DNA of 63,977 bases, filler included, from Dimargaris cristalligena (Eukaryota): the NCBI GenBank assembly GCA_003614675.1. It is 3 parts of 3 records of this genome, joined end to end, with 100 filler letters (N's around TTAATTAATTAA, not from the genome) between each part and the next. Parts side by side here need not be neighbours in the genome. Positions count along the whole stretch, not along the records: positions 22,472 to 44,721 come from ML002635.1; positions 44,822 to 63,977 come from ML002737.1; 1 more part is not named here. One strand, written 5' to 3'. This document shows, in pieces, positions 33,519-46,862 of this stretch (position 1 is its first letter; each line of letters opens with the position of its first letter). Position numbers and translations under genes: made by a program. Under the pieces are notes generated by a model that made no database searches, was not told where the DNA came from, and saw only the letters and a list, made by a program, of their open reading frames with translations.

Positions 33519-36125
33519 ATGGAGTCCCAGGCAGCCCTACCGGCGCCCAGCCTCAAATCGACCTCGTCCACCACTCGGGAACGGGCCGCCTCGGTACTCT
33601 GTTCGCCCCGCAGCCTTATCCCCAAGCGGCTCCCCGTTCCCTCCATTTCTGTCGACCTCAATCCCGCCGAAGGCACCATCCACATGCTTTCCAATCCTAC
33701 GTCTCCCGTTCTATCCACCAGTGCTATTGATTCCTTCCGGTGCGCCTCTCGGCTAACCTTTGACTATAATTCCGATTCCTCCTCGGAGCTCGATCTGGCC
33801 GAATATGACCCCGGCCACCGTCGGCCGCCCATACCGGATACGCTTCTCTCGGGCCAGCCCACAATGGGCGACGGTAGTGGGGATTCAATATCCCCGACCG
33901 ATGCCGGCCCTCCGTCCATATTCGCCACCGACTCCGTCACTTTCGAGAGTGACCTGGAGAGTGAGAGCAGTTACGACCCCTTGGATTCATCGTCTATCCG
34001 GCGCGGTGGTCACGCGTTTGGTTTCATCCGGCCCACATCGTCGTACCCCATCCATAAGATTGATAAATTGCGCGCCGAAATGGCCCGCCGCGCCGCCGAG
34101 GGGTTTCTACCGGACAATGAGCGGTCCATCGGTCACCAATCCTCCGCCCTGGACACCAGCAGCATGAGTATAGCCAGTACCAAATCCAGCCTACGTAACA
34201 AAACCCCCCTCGGGGCACGGGCATCATCCAAGGCCTCCCCCGCCACCACGATGGGGGTCCGCGAAATGGACGCCCGCATGAAGGGACTTCAGCACGAGAA
34301 CTCCGACCTGCGTATTCAACTCTTCAGCCTCCGGGAAAAGCTCGCCAAATACAATTCCACCAGTCTCGAAGACATGGAGGAAACCGTCCGCAAGTACCAC
34401 GGTCAGCTGGAGCGGTTCTACAACGAAAACGCACAGCTGACTGATGACCGCCAAAGGCTGCAGGCCCAGGTGGATAAACTCCTTTATGAAGTGGAACACC
34501 CGGCACCGTGCACCTTGGAACACGGCATATCCGCCGAACAGGAAACGATGCTCAACCGGGCACTGGCGGACTCCCAGACCATGCGCCAGCAGATTGAACA
34601 ACTCCGGGAGGAAAACGAGACCCTCCAGCAGAACAACCGGGAGCTCATCGAAAGTCGGGCCACGCTACTGAACCAGACCTCGGAACTGTCATCCGACCAC
34701 TCCATTTTGAAAAGCCAGCTGGACCTGGCCAAGGGCGAAAATGAAGTTCTGGTCAACCGGCTTCACCAGGCGGCAGTGGAAATCACGGAAGTTAAGGAAA
34801 ACATTCTCTGCTACGAGGGGCAGGTCCACGCCCTCCAGAAGGAGGTATCTTATTACCGCGCCCAGTGCAATCCCGTCGAATCCCCCTATCCGGCCGCATC
34901 ACCAGTGGGAGCCCACCACAAGACCTCCCGCCTCACCACCCCACCCCATAGTGCGTGCGGCGTCCCCTTTCCCCGTATCAACCGGCGGGCGAGTAATCTC
35001 AGCAGTGTAAGCAGTACGTATTACCTGCCCCAACCTCCCTACGGTTTACCCGGCCCATCCTCCGACGCCGCCCATATTACCGCCGAAGTAGGTCCCCTCG
35101 ATGACACCGCCACCCACCATTCCCACCCCTATGGGTCGCCGCGACCCGCCCTCTCCCACGATGTCCTCTCGGTGGGCAGTGGGAGTGGGATGGGAGGGCA
35201 GGGGACCAGAGCTCGGGGGGCCTCCGTCTTGGCTTCCCCCACCCCTGACTTGGCCGGTCGGGCCCTGTACAGTCGGCTATCCCACCATGCCAGCCCCCGT
35301 CCCCGCGGATTTACCGAAGCTAGCTTTAATGCCCTTGCGACTGCCGCCCACGGCATGGGCGGGGACGAGTGGATGGCTACCAAAGTGGCCCTTGATAGCA
35401 CCATCGAAAAATTACAATTCGAACTCCGCGACGCACGCCAACTCAACCTCGACAAATCCAAGAAAATCACCGACCTGGAGGCCCAGCTCAATATGACCGT
35501 CCGGTCGCTAAAAGCGGAGGACTTGGGCCACCGCCAGCGGTTGGACTACCTCCAGGAAAAGGTGGCCAAATATAACCACGAACGCACCGTTTTGGCCGAG
35601 GAGAATGAGTCACTGCGGCAGCGGTACGATGACTATCAGCGTCGGGTGGAGGAATTGGACGAGGCGTACAAGGAAGCCCAGATTACGACCAGTCGACTGC
35701 AGCAAGAGCTCCGGCTCAAGGACGGTATGCTCCAGGAGTTCCAGTTAACGCGGGGGGACGGCTCCACCACCACTACCACCGTGACAATGACCGCCGTTGC
35801 CGGGGGCGGAGGGGGAACGATAAGTCAAATCGCCTCACCTTCCCAATCCGACCAGGACGGTATGGCTCGTCTCAACGTCCAACTCCAACACTCGCTCCAT
35901 TTTAAGGAAGCCGAGCTCAAGTACGAACAAGACCGTTGCGCTTTGCTCCACGATATCATTGCCGGCCACAAGGGTGAACTCACCCACTTGCGTGACCAGA
36001 ACCGACAGTACACCCGGGCCATCAACACCCTGGTTAAGCAAATCGAACTAGTCGAAAGTCTGAGGCCATCGCTGGATAATGCCTTGGGGTATCTAACTCC
36101 CCCGCGGTCGAGCCGAAAGCCTTAA
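33519..36125 (+). CDS. Coiled-coil protein with centrosomin motif 1 (CM1), Mto1/Pcp1/CDK5RAP2-like gamma-tubulin complex receptor
   Basis: Intronless ORF from ATG 33519. MGVREMDARMKGLQHENSDLRIQLFSLREKL fits the CM1 consensus and is followed by long heptad-repeat regions. Confidence 0.75.
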   Translation: MESQAALPAPSLKSTSSTTRERAASVLCSPRSLIPKRLPVPSISVDLNPAEGTIHMLSNPTSPVLSTSAIDSFRCASRLTFDYNSDSSSELDLAEYDPGHRRPPIPDTLLSGQPTMGDGSGDSISPTDAGPPSIFATDSVTFESDLESESSYDPLDSSSIRRGGHAFGFIRPTSSYPIHKIDKLRAEMARRAAEGFLPDNERSIGHQSSALDTSSMSIASTKSSLRNKTPLGARASSKASPATTMGVREMDARMKGLQHENSDLRIQLFSLREKLAKYNSTSLEDMEETVRKYHGQLERFYNENAQLTDDRQRLQAQVDKLLYEVEHPAPCTLEHGISAEQETMLNRALADSQTMRQQIEQLREENETLQQNNRELIESRATLLNQTSELSSDHSILKSQLDLAKGENEVLVNRLHQAAVEITEVKENILCYEGQVHALQKEVSYYRAQCNPVESPYPAASPVGAHHKTSRLTTPPHSACGVPFPRINRRASNLSSVSSTYYLPQPPYGLPGPSSDAAHITAEVGPLDDTATHHSHPYGSPRPALSHDVLSVGSGSGMGGQGTRARGASVLASPTPDLAGRALYSRLSHHASPRPRGFTEASFNALATAAHGMGGDEWMATKVALDSTIEKLQFELRDARQLNLDKSKKITDLEAQLNMTVRSLKAEDLGHRQRLDYLQEKVAKYNHERTVLAEENESLRQRYDDYQRRVEELDEAYKEAQITTSRLQQELRLKDGMLQEFQLTRGDGSTTTTTVTMTAVAGGGGGTISQIASPSQSDQDGMARLNVQLQHSLHFKEAELKYEQDRCALLHDIIAGHKGELTHLRDQNRQYTRAINTLVKQIELVESLRPSLDNALGYLTPPRSSRKP

Positions 36126-37438
36126 TTTGTTATCGATGTTTAAATATTGCACGAACATTGGTTCGCGGCCTCTGTGAGCGGAGGGAGTAGTATTGCCAAC
36201 CTCCCCTCTCCTTTCACCTTTATCGACCCACATACGGTCCGGGTCTTTTTACTCTAAATAATTGCTTAGATATTTATATATATATATATATAGATACAAT
36301 TCCGTATACTTCCCGAATTTGATACCCCAATGACTTCGGGGGGTTGCCTTCGTCAGTCACGGCCCATCGTCTTACCCACACTTACAATTGCCCTTCCCAC
36401 CTCATTTTATTCACTAATTTTCATCGCTCATTCACCACCACACCTACCTCGCACCCGTGCTGACGCTGTAATTTACTATTATTATATATCTATTTTTTAC
36501 TTCACATTTCAGTTCCATCAATTCGCCGATATACCCCCTTTCCATGGATGTGTTAGACCTGTATGCCAACCTCTCCTTACTTTATTCCTTATTGGAGAAC
36601 CTATTATATAGCTTTAGTTTATTTAATTTTATAAATACTTAGGGAATAATTTTACCACAACTTAGTAAGACTTCGGATGAAATATAAATATGAAATGGAC
36701 TCAGGGACGTCTTTTTATTTTGGACTCGGATTATGCTGCTAAGTAAGGGGCTTGGTACTTAACGGTAACCGGCAGCTCGACCAATACAGCGGGGCTGGTA
36801 TAACAAACCGGAGCCATGCGGGATGGATTTGCACTCATCGGTGGAAATCTAAACCAAAACCGCTCTCATTGCCGCTTCGTCCTTTGGCAGGTTTCGTATC
36901 AACAAACCATACATATGCCGTTCCCATTTCCCCCTACTGGCCCTAAATACAATCATAGGAGGTGGGGCCCAGCCATGTAGGCGACATCAGCGTGGGCAGC
37001 CTTTTAAATGCAGGGCTGATTATCCCGGATGATCAGGCAACGAGGTTGCGAGTAGCTTGAATACAACACCTGATTTTTACAGGCACGATAACCCCATTCT
37101 TTATTTTCGGCCTAGTTGGCGAGGTGTAATGTAGCCCCGTCTCACTCTTTTGCCATTGATGTAGGACCATCATCACTGGTCCTGACTGTTGCAGGGTCTG
37201 TGGACAGGCCCCAAAAAGAAGAACCTGACAGCGACTCCAGCGGCTATTTCCCACCCCTACGGCGTTTTCTTCCCAGATGCTTTGGTTCAGTTCGCCCTCG
37301 TCGACCATTAAAAAAACCTCGCTGCCCTCCCTACATTGCACATTGCCCAGCGGTTTTATTCTATTTCAGTTTTACATAACTATCTATCTATCTATTTATC
37401 CATATAAATTTTGTCCACCCGTACAAGTAGCATTCGTC

Positions 37439-40400
37439 ATGGCTTCCCCCGCGGCCGGTTCTGAGGCAGAATGGTCTAATTTCATCCAGGCCCTCAGCGT
37501 CCCAACTGCCGAGGCAGTAAAGCATCTCCATCAGCTACAAAAGGACCCCGAAGGCTGGTCATTGGCCGCCCGGTTGTTGCAAACCGCAAGTCCGGCCTGC
37601 CAATTCTACGGCGCCCACACGCTCCAGGTCAAGCTGTCCCGCGATTGGGCCAGTCTACCCGAGTCGGAGCGACTGCCCTTACGCGACCAACTCCTGCGCT
37701 GGTTGTTGGCCTTCGCCCACGGTCCCCATAACGTAGTAACCAAACTGTGCCAAGCTCTCACCACACTCTCCCAGCGACTAATAACGGCCGGTGTTGGATC
37801 GGGGTTTATTACCTATACCCTCGACTGGCTGCGGCGGGAGGGTCGGGACGAGTCGGTGAATCGAATCATCATCGATTTCCTCACAATTCTGCCCGAAGAG
37901 GCCCTGCACCAGTTGGATACGAGTCAGGCGTCCATTTACCACCATGAAATCCAAACCGCCCTGCCGTTGATTCTGGACACCTGTTTCGGCTATCTGGCTT
38001 GCACCGGCCGGCCCGAAGCCGGACTGCAATCCTCGGCCTACGCCCGGGGCGGAGCACTAGAACCCAATGTAGGACATCCGCTGCAGGAGGCCACACTCCG
38101 TTGCCTGACTAAATGGGTGGCCCACCACATGCCCCTGGAAAATCTCCCCGCCGTTTTGGACCGGGCCTTTTACTTTTTGCCTTACGAAACCACCCGGGAT
38201 GCGGCCAGTGAACTCCTCCAGGCCGTACTGGATCACCCGAAAGTGTCACAGATTCAGGCCACGGTAACCCAACGGTTCCTAGTTTGGCTGGACACGCCGT
38301 GGCTCCGGGATGCGGTACAAACGACCATCGTGGATACTGACGAGGATGCCGCCCGTGTTATGTGTAACCTGTTGCTAGCGTTTGCCGAGGGCTTCACTGA
38401 CTTTATCCTAACCCAATTGCAGCACCCGGCCATTAGCAACCTGCTGGAATACCTACTGCGCTACACCGACTACCCGGGGTACTTTAGCCATGACCAGGAA
38501 ATCAGCGAATTGCCCCTTAATTTCTGGTACTTATTCCAGGAGGGGATCGCTGATTTTGATATGGACATTCATGACCCAGACCCATTCACCCCCATTCCTT
38601 CGACGGGCGACCTGGCGGGATCCTACCGGGAGGCCAATCCAGCAGTAGGTGCACCCCTACCCCCGTCCGGTTCGACCACCGGTCAACTACCCATGGTCGC
38701 CATCCGAGCCTTCTTCCGTAACCTGGTCCATACGCTAACTGGGAAACTAGTCTACCCTCCCCTGGCCGAATGGGCATCGTGGCCCAAAGACATCCGGGAA
38801 CGCTTCCGGGCCTACCGCCGGGACCTCGGCGATATCCAGCTCGCCTGCTACTACGTGCTGCGGGAGGAGATGCTGGGCGTGATCTTCAATATCCTGGATA
38901 CCCTAACGGGCGGCTGCCCTACCGCGGAATCATTGGGTCCCACGGGGCCCCACGGCCGACCCACCGAAGCCGTGTTATTCACCCTCCGCTGCGTCCAGGA
39001 AGCCGTGCCCGTCCACGAATCCACTTACTTGCGCCGGCTGTTCGCCGGTCCCTTCCAGACGCTGGTGGGGGAGTCGAACTATACCCCCCTCCAGGTCGCC
39101 CTCCTGCATTTCATCGGGGCCTATGCCGAGTGGTTGAACCACCATCCGGATCTAATTATACCCGCCCTGCGTACCGTGACCCAGGCCTTTACCACCCCGA
39201 CACTGGCCAGTGCTGCCGCGTTGGCCTTCCGTTCCCTGTGCGACACTTGTAAAGAACATCTCAAATCAGTCGCACCAGATGTCATTGAAAGCGTTATTAA
39301 TATTTCCTCACATATTCCGGTAAGTCCTACATTCATAATTATTTTTTGAAAGGCATACCCTTATCCAATTATCCGGTAAGAATGGCTATACCCAATTGAA
39401 CCATCTTTGATGCCAAACCGGTCCTGTATTTATATATGCTCCGAGACTCAACTAAGCTGACTGCCTACTAACCGGAAGTCCCTTTTCCCTTCAACCATCG
39501 GTGGTTACCATTATTCCGGATGGAAATTGACCCACCGTTTATAGAGTACCGAAAAGGCGAAGGCCTTTGAATCCATGTGTGACCTACTCCTACCTTTGCC
39601 CCCGGAGCATTTCGAGAAACCCTTTTTCTATCTAGTAGGAAACTTGCTGTCAACCACTTTAGCCCTGGTTCAGAATCACCAGGGGTTGAATTCCGATGAC
39701 CAGCGGAGTGAGTTACTCACTCATATTGGCTACCTCACCGCCTGTGGCCGGGGTCTCCAGCCCCCGGACCACGAATCAACAGGGTCGCGCTACGGCCGGG
39801 CAGGCGGGGGTGATTCCACCGAAATTGTCGATCTCACCGAATCCCCCGGCTCCGCCGGGACCCCCGCTAGCGCCACCGTGCGGGTGGAACAACTCATGGC
39901 GGCCAATTGCTGGTCGCAATTACTATCCAGCGAAACGCTAGCCAATTTCCGCCAGCTGACCATGACTGTCCTAACGGAACTGGGCGACCGGTTCGGTCAG
40001 GACGAAGAGGTTGTCGAAGAGGTTACTCAGTGGCTGAAAACCACGCTCCGGCAGTTACCCGGGGACCCCTGGGAACTGAAATCGAACGCGGAGGCGTCGG
40101 AAATCGTGGCGGTGTTTGAACTCTTCGTGACACCCCCACATTTCTTCAACATGTTCCAACCCGATCCCCAATTCTTGGCCCGGTTCCTGGTCGACCGCTA
40201 CGAGAAGTTACTGGCCGCGGTTCACCAGATTAGCGGCGGAGGTACCGCCATCGTCTCGGTTGCGCCCCGACTGGACCCGGCCCGGGCCATCTCGCTCATG
40301 ACCGCGTACCTCGACACAGCGGCCCACTTTGCCGCGGTCTACGGTAACCTGAAGCGCTACACTATATGGTACCGCAATGCGACCGCCTTGTCTGCCGGTC

Positions 40401-41370
40401 AATCCGATGCATTGGATCGGGTATTATTAACCGCTGTGGGTCACCCGGGTTCCCAAGTCGACTTGGCGACCCTCCGATCGCTCATGGCGGCCAGCTTACG
40501 GGGAATGCAACCACTTCTCGCCCCCGAACAGGCCCGCGAACTCATTGGCTCGCTGCTGGTGAAGTACACTCAACTATCCCTGCCAGCCCTCGAGGACCCC
40601 ACCGCTTTGAGTCAGTACCCCCACTTGGTGATCAGCTTCTTCGGCTTTTTGACAAAATACTTGCCCCAGGGGGCCGGTCTATTCAGTCGGTTTTCTGGGG
40701 ACAGTCTCGGTCGATTATCTCGAGTTACCATCCAGGCCCTCGGTCTGACCGATCGGCTATCATTGAAAACGGTGCTTAATTTCCTGGTAAGTTAGACCTT
40801 TTATTTTATTTTTACATCTTCACTGTGGATGCAATTAGAAAAGTGTAGGGTGGTGGTGGATTATTGGGCCCAAATCAAGCTTCTACATAACGGATAGTCT
40901 TACTCTTTCTCCACCCTTCGTGCTATTGTTTTATTTATTTATTCTGACCCGCCCCCTCCATTTGCAATTGATCGTACGTCTTTTATATATAGATTGAGCT
41001 GGTTAGCGTCAGCCCAGGGGGAGACCCCGATTTTGACCAGTTTTTGGGGACATTTTTAGACCACTACGGCCAGGACATTATGGGGGAGACGCTGGTGGGT
41101 ATCGGGGGGAAACTGCCGCGGTCCATTGTAAACCTGCCGATTGAGCTGCTCTACAAATTCATTTCGAAGCACCCCCAGTTGGCCCGCCACTGGTTGACCC
41201 AATTATTGCGCCAAGACGGATTCCCTTCGGCCCATGTGGGGCCGGACACTAAACATAAATTCCTGACCGAAGTGCTCGGCACTCGCTCGTACCGCAAGTT
41301 CCGCGAAAGCGTCCATAAGTTTTCGATGGCCTGTCGTAATATGACGGACCTGACCTATGGTATGTATTAG
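37439..41370 (+). CDS. Importin-beta family karyopherin, importin-13/Kap122-like (~1166 aa)
   Basis: QFYGAHTLQVKLSRDW (IBN_N-like) plus an Xpo1-like HEAT region, ISELPLNFWY and FRAYRRDLGD. Exons 37439-39319, 39545-40786 and 40993-41370 are in frame. Confidence 0.85.
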
Positions 41371-41732
41371 GTGGTGTACTAGATGGGTAGATTGGGTCTA
41401 CGTACCGTGGCCTGAAAGACACGCCCATTACCAAACTACTGGAATTATTGTAGACCGGATATTTCTCGAAATACCCGGTCCCTTAAATAAATACATTTTT
41501 TTAAAATAAAAACCCCCTAAAGGATACAATGGTAGCTGTGGTTTGGCGGCTGTCCCTGTCAGTGTACGTAAGAAATTAATGGAGGTGGGGAAACTCACTA
41601 AACCGGTGTAGGAAGGTGCGTGAGTAGGAGGTGAATTGCCCCACCTCCTTGCGTTATAGTAGTTCTATTTCGCCCATTAAACCGTACCTTTTACTTTCCA
41701 TTTCCTGTACACTGCATTACTCTTAGCGCGAC

Positions 41733-42920
41733 ATGACCGACAATAGCTCCCAGTCGTCGAGTGCCGCCGCGGCTACCTTTTGGACCGAACTTAGTTCGGA
41801 GAAGGAGAGCCTGTGGGCGGAGTTGAATGCTATTGACGCCGCGCTAGGCAGTTCCAAACCCGCCTCTTCGTCGTCTAAGGAGCGCAGCGAATTAGGGACC
41901 CGCCAGGCCCGGGTACAGCTGGCTATTCTGGATTTGGAAGGCAAGGTCACCCAGGCCTTGGTGTTCCTACCGGCCTACGATGAGCGGCTCTATAAGCAAC
42001 AGATTCAAGAACTCAAGGCCGCTGCGAAACGCCAAAAGGACGCTCTGGCTCCCAAGGCCCGCTTTTCGTTTCGCACTAAGACGGCCCCGACCAAGAAGGC
42101 CCCGGTCCCAGTCCCGGCCCCGGAATCCGACTTGGGTCCGGCCTCGACTGGACCAGCGTCCTTAGGCGCCCTTATCGCCAAACCACCGACCGAGCTGAAC
42201 GAACCGACTCATACTACCGCCGACCCGGCGGCTACCTTGGCGGACTTTGCCGACTCCTATCACACCATTGGCGCACTGCCCTCCTCCGATGCCACATCCG
42301 ACCAGACCAGCACCTTATCCAGTAGCTATAAGGTACGAAACGGCCGGAACTCCATCATCAACTGCCTGCCCACCGGTGGCCAACTCCGCTCCCTATTTCT
42401 GTATGAACTTCGCCACTGCCTGGTCCTCGTCGGACCCGTAGCTGGCTCCGTTTTCCTGGAAGCTTGCCACGACTGTGTCATAGTAGTCGCCTGCCGTCAG
42501 CTCCGCATCCATACGTCCCACCATTTAACCTTTTACCTCCACGCAGCATCTCACCCCATTATCGAGGACTGCGACAAAATCGTCGTGATGGATTATCCCC
42601 CTCCCCTAAAGCCCGCGGCCTCACTATCTACAGGGATGAAGTCGAATAGGACGGCGGCGTCCGAAACCACTCGGACCATTTGGGAACGGGCGGCATTATT
42701 GGAAACGGCTAATTTGTATGACCAGGTCAACGATTTTAAATGGCTCCGGCGTCAGGCCTCACCGCATTGGCGGGTTGGGACAGGTAGTACGTCTACTGCC
42801 ATCCCCAGTGAACTCTGGGATCAAATGGCTGCCCCTCCCTCATCTTCAGACCAAAGTGCCACGCTAAGTCCTTCCCAGGCCCAATTATTACAGACATTTT
42901 TGGCCCATAGCCAACCCTAG
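41733..42920 (+). CDS. TBCC: Tubulin-binding cofactor C
   Basis: N-terminal FLPAYDER...PKARFSF; beta-helix domain GPVAGSVFL...ACRQLRIH...HPIIEDC; C-terminal VNDFKWLRRQASPHW. Confidence 0.93.
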   Translation: MTDNSSQSSSAAAATFWTELSSEKESLWAELNAIDAALGSSKPASSSSKERSELGTRQARVQLAILDLEGKVTQALVFLPAYDERLYKQQIQELKAAAKRQKDALAPKARFSFRTKTAPTKKAPVPVPAPESDLGPASTGPASLGALIAKPPTELNEPTHTTADPAATLADFADSYHTIGALPSSDATSDQTSTLSSSYKVRNGRNSIINCLPTGGQLRSLFLYELRHCLVLVGPVAGSVFLEACHDCVIVVACRQLRIHTSHHLTFYLHAASHPIIEDCDKIVVMDYPPPLKPAASLSTGMKSNRTAASETTRTIWERAALLETANLYDQVNDFKWLRRQASPHWRVGTGSTSTAIPSELWDQMAAPPSSSDQSATLSPSQAQLLQTFLAHSQP

Positions 42921-44721
42921 TTTCCTGATGTTACGTTTATAAACCACTGGCTAACGGAGTTACAATATCACCCCATGCCGCGGTGTCCCCGGCACCTCTA
43001 AGTAAGTTTCGAGTGGCGGTAGTTGATATGTACAAGTTTCTGGCTAAATAGACTGATGTTACAAGGTGAAGAGGGGGTATACAGTTCCAAGTAGTAGTAA
43101 ATGCGGTAAAACCATTGCTGACTTTAGTTTGAATATGAATGGGTAGATAAGGTGTAAACATATTTTTATCACGTAGTATCAGTGGTATTTCATAGGGTTT
43201 TTTGGACATAGCCGCTATCAAAACATTTGAGAAGCTCAACCCAGCTATGTCATCTTAACTAATTTTGAAATAACATTTTCTTTTCAAGCGATAATTTCCA
43301 ACGTAGACTTTACCGCGCATTTATAACCACTTGGGCCGGGTACAGCAGCCATTGGTGACACACGTAGAGAGTGCCCACCCTAGCCCCTGCTGTTGGATAG
43401 GGCAAAGGCAACGCGGGTAACCTGCTGATGCGGAGCCGTGGGGCCCACCGGCCCAAAAAGGGCACTACAGGGTCTAAGACATAATTAAATACCCCCTCCC
43501 CCCAACTTTAGCGAGACCACTCGGGCTAAAGGCCCCGCTCCAGTCAGCGAATGCTCGATTGGAGAGAGGGTGAAAAGGTCCCCCACTTTGGGCTTAGGCT
43601 TGGAGTCCACGATGAACTATAGTACACGGGGATATAGCGCGGTGATAACACTGTATTTTCGATGGATATAATGATATAAAAGACCTCGAAAGGGTCAAAG
43701 TGCGCGTTAAGGGCCAGGGTAATAAAAATGGAGATGTACATCTTAAAGAAGGGCCGGTAATGTTCGGTTTTTATATCCAATGCTCATAGTTATTCACACG
43801 AGAGCACCAATACTTGTGGCAAAATAGGCGAATATTGCCTTCCGGTCTGGGAAGTCACATATGTAAAAGCCGGTGCGTAGACAACATATATTCGACATAA
43901 TCCATACAGCTCCATTTCGGGCAATCAATTATGGTTGATAACTAATAACCACACATGCAAAGTTGGTGAACTCTATACTGACTATTAGACAGCAGCTAGG
44001 CCTGCGTGCTGCATTAAGTATAGGCAATCGCTAAGCTACATTTAGGAATAAAAGGACTCAAGGGTGGCCGATATTGGCCATTTTATAGAGCCCAAATTTT
44101 AACCGGCGATGTTGGTAGTACGGCGAAGTTGGCAAGACTGGCACTACTAAAACTATTAAGATTAATAAATTATCCTTTGAGCCCTTCTATTCCAAGCCTT
44201 CATTTTCGGATTCTAAAAATTGGTAGAGCTCCATTAAATAGGTTGAATAGGAAAATGCCAAGGGCGCCGGCAGGCAACGAGGGGAGGGGGATGATGCTAC
44301 AACGAACATGTGGTAGAAATGATTTGTAGTTGGAGTGTTGGGCGTTGAACAAGGGAAACCAATTATCCACAAAGTTCTTTGAACTATTATGGGTTTTATG
44401 AACAAGGTGTGAAACTAGGACACCGTCTGTAATAAGATAGCTGATAATGATCCTATAAGGGATGTTGCTATGCTCTAGTGTTGTCTGAGAGTGGATAAAT
44501 TTAGCTCATAAAAGGGGAAACAGTGCCGTTGGTAGGACACCCTAGTGGGACCCCAATCGGTGGCTGCAATGCTGATTTTGTAGTGCTGCAGAGTGCAGGT
44601 AACTGGAAGTATATTTAATTACCTGATTCCTTTACTAATTAGAACCCATTTATCAACGTAAAGCACAGCTCCTTGAATCATACTCTATCAATTCATCCTG
44701 TAAAACCAATTATTCATCAAA

Positions 44722-44821
44722 NNNNNNNNNNNNNNNNNNNNNNNNNNNNNNNNNNNNNNNNNNNNTTAATTAATTAANNNNNNNNNNNNNNNNNNNNNNN
44801 NNNNNNNNNNNNNNNNNNNNN
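44722..44821. other. Artificial contig linker/gap
   Basis: 44 N + TTAATTAATTAA + 44 N. Confidence 0.97.
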
Positions 44822-46297
44822 CCTCCCCCCCTCGAGAAGTATGGGCAATCCCGTTTCCGCAGACCCGGTACAGCCCCCTATGCATCAGCACTGTGACTTG
44901 TTTTTCCGCCACCTATTCAAACTACCGGAAAGAGGTAGATAATTGGCCGACTGCGCCAAAAGGAAGTACACAGCGGCTGTAGTTTGTAAACTAATTCATC
45001 TGAAAATACGAATTAGGTAGTGGAGAATGATAATAATGGGCTGCAAGTTAAAGTTACTAGCTATCCAGAGGTGATTTGCATTGCACCGGGTCAGTTCCAC
45101 CAGGGGGGGGGGGAGACCATTGGAGGCTGGGATTACCATGCAGTTTTCCGACCACCATTGGATTTAGTTGTCCTTCAGGAGTTGGAATACAAATGGCGGG
45201 TTGCCGAGCGACCATGCCACCTTGCACATTTGGTGTTTCGTAAAGAACAACAGTTATTCACTTGGAAAGTTACTAACCCTGGCCTGTAGTTCCACATCAC
45301 ACCCGTCCCCTAGTAAATTTCATGAATGTCAATACCACGAGACCTGCCTTTCAACTTCATAACCAATCCGGTTGATAGCTCGTACCTGGCTCGTAAACCG
45401 AACTATTATGGTTTCTTGTTATTTTTAGACCAACTAGTACATAATCATGTACGAGATGGTAAATCTGTGTTTTGTATATTCCGATTAGTCATAATGTAAA
45501 GAGTGTACTTATGAGGTATAGTTTTAAATCAACGGTCGGACTTTTACACCAGACTAGCCACCATTACACGCAATTGGCCATAGTTCCGCCCATGTTTACA
45601 CTTTTCGGCCCAAGCTCCTTCATTCATGATCCAGTATTGTGTACAAGATAGTCCAGCACCAGGTCTAAAACACCAAATGGCTGAATGGCCCCGCGACTTT
45701 CACAGAACCGAGTGACTCGGTCTGATGGATCATCAATTTACGGGTAGGTCTTATGCCGATTAAGAGTAGCAGGTAGGCACATTTTAGTGAGTTAATGGAT
45801 TCGACATCCATCCTGGCTAGACATGGGGTCAGTAAGTCACTCTCGGCTGCAAAGAACATAGCATGTTGTGTATCGAGAATCAGGACAGCGTACTTCGGGC
45901 AACAATAAGACCAGGTCGTCGATTGAGGGGGTAATACAGGACTATAGCCAGGGGGAATGGCAGGTGCGTTACTTAAAACATGGCTGTATAAGCAGCGGAA
46001 CAGGTGTGGCGTGGAGGCGAGGATTTCGAGGAATTGTAGTAACCCCGTCAACCCGAAGACGGGGCTGGTTGGTATTGGGGGGGGGGGGGGGGCAATGCCC
46101 GCGATTCAATGCCTGCTGGTACAGAAAGGGGTAATTTCATGGTAAGGTACTCGACAGTGTGTCTATTAAACTCCTGTCCGAGAATGTCCGTGCATCTAAA
46201 TATAGCCGAGCCAGCTCTAGCTAAGTGGTGGAAAATCGACTATTATGGTCCCCCCTACAATGGGTTAATTATAGCAGTACCTTTAGTCGGGTGTAAA

Positions 46298-46320
46298 GGA
46301 GGAGGAGGAGGAGGAGGAGG
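46298..46320. repeat. (GGA)n microsatellite
   Basis: About 7-8 GGA units; a poly-G run also lies nearby at ~46077-46092. Confidence 0.85.
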
Positions 46321-46862
46321 GGAGGGCACTAGAAGCAAAGCAGGTGTAGATAGAGGGATGGTACATTGGTTATTTCTAATATTAGGCCAATCGTGTCTTC
46401 CGGGATTTAGGGTGTAGAATATTCCGCCCTTTCCCCCTCCGAGCCGATTGGTTAGTTAATGGGTTTTTGGCTTCAAGGGGAGCAGCCACACAGCTCCCCC
46501 CTCCTTCTTCTCTTGGGCACAAAGGCAGCCTAGTCTGGGCCCCTTCTTTGTAGTAGTGGGGTATGTAATCAACCTGAGCGCTTACGAGGTATCCCCCCCA
46601 CACTAACTCGTTAGTCCTCACCGCCTTTTACACTCCGCCAACAAAGGCTGGCTTGGCTGCTGTTATCATGGCCAAGGTAGAGAGAGAGGGGAGGAGAAAA
46701 CACTATGTATGGGCTCTATTGTTCACCCAGTTGTCCAGCCATAGCTTACATCTGTCGCCCCTTCCTTCCACCCATGAATTTACCCTTCCTCCTCTCTTGG
46801 CGCATTTCTAAATTACATTGTAGCCTGGCCGGTCACCTTTAATTTCACAACAACCCCCAACC

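Noticed and set aside
44822-46800. Short ORFs (e.g. 45665-46051) at the start of the third contig
   Set aside because: No recognisable motifs or convincing splice structure; treated as intergenic.
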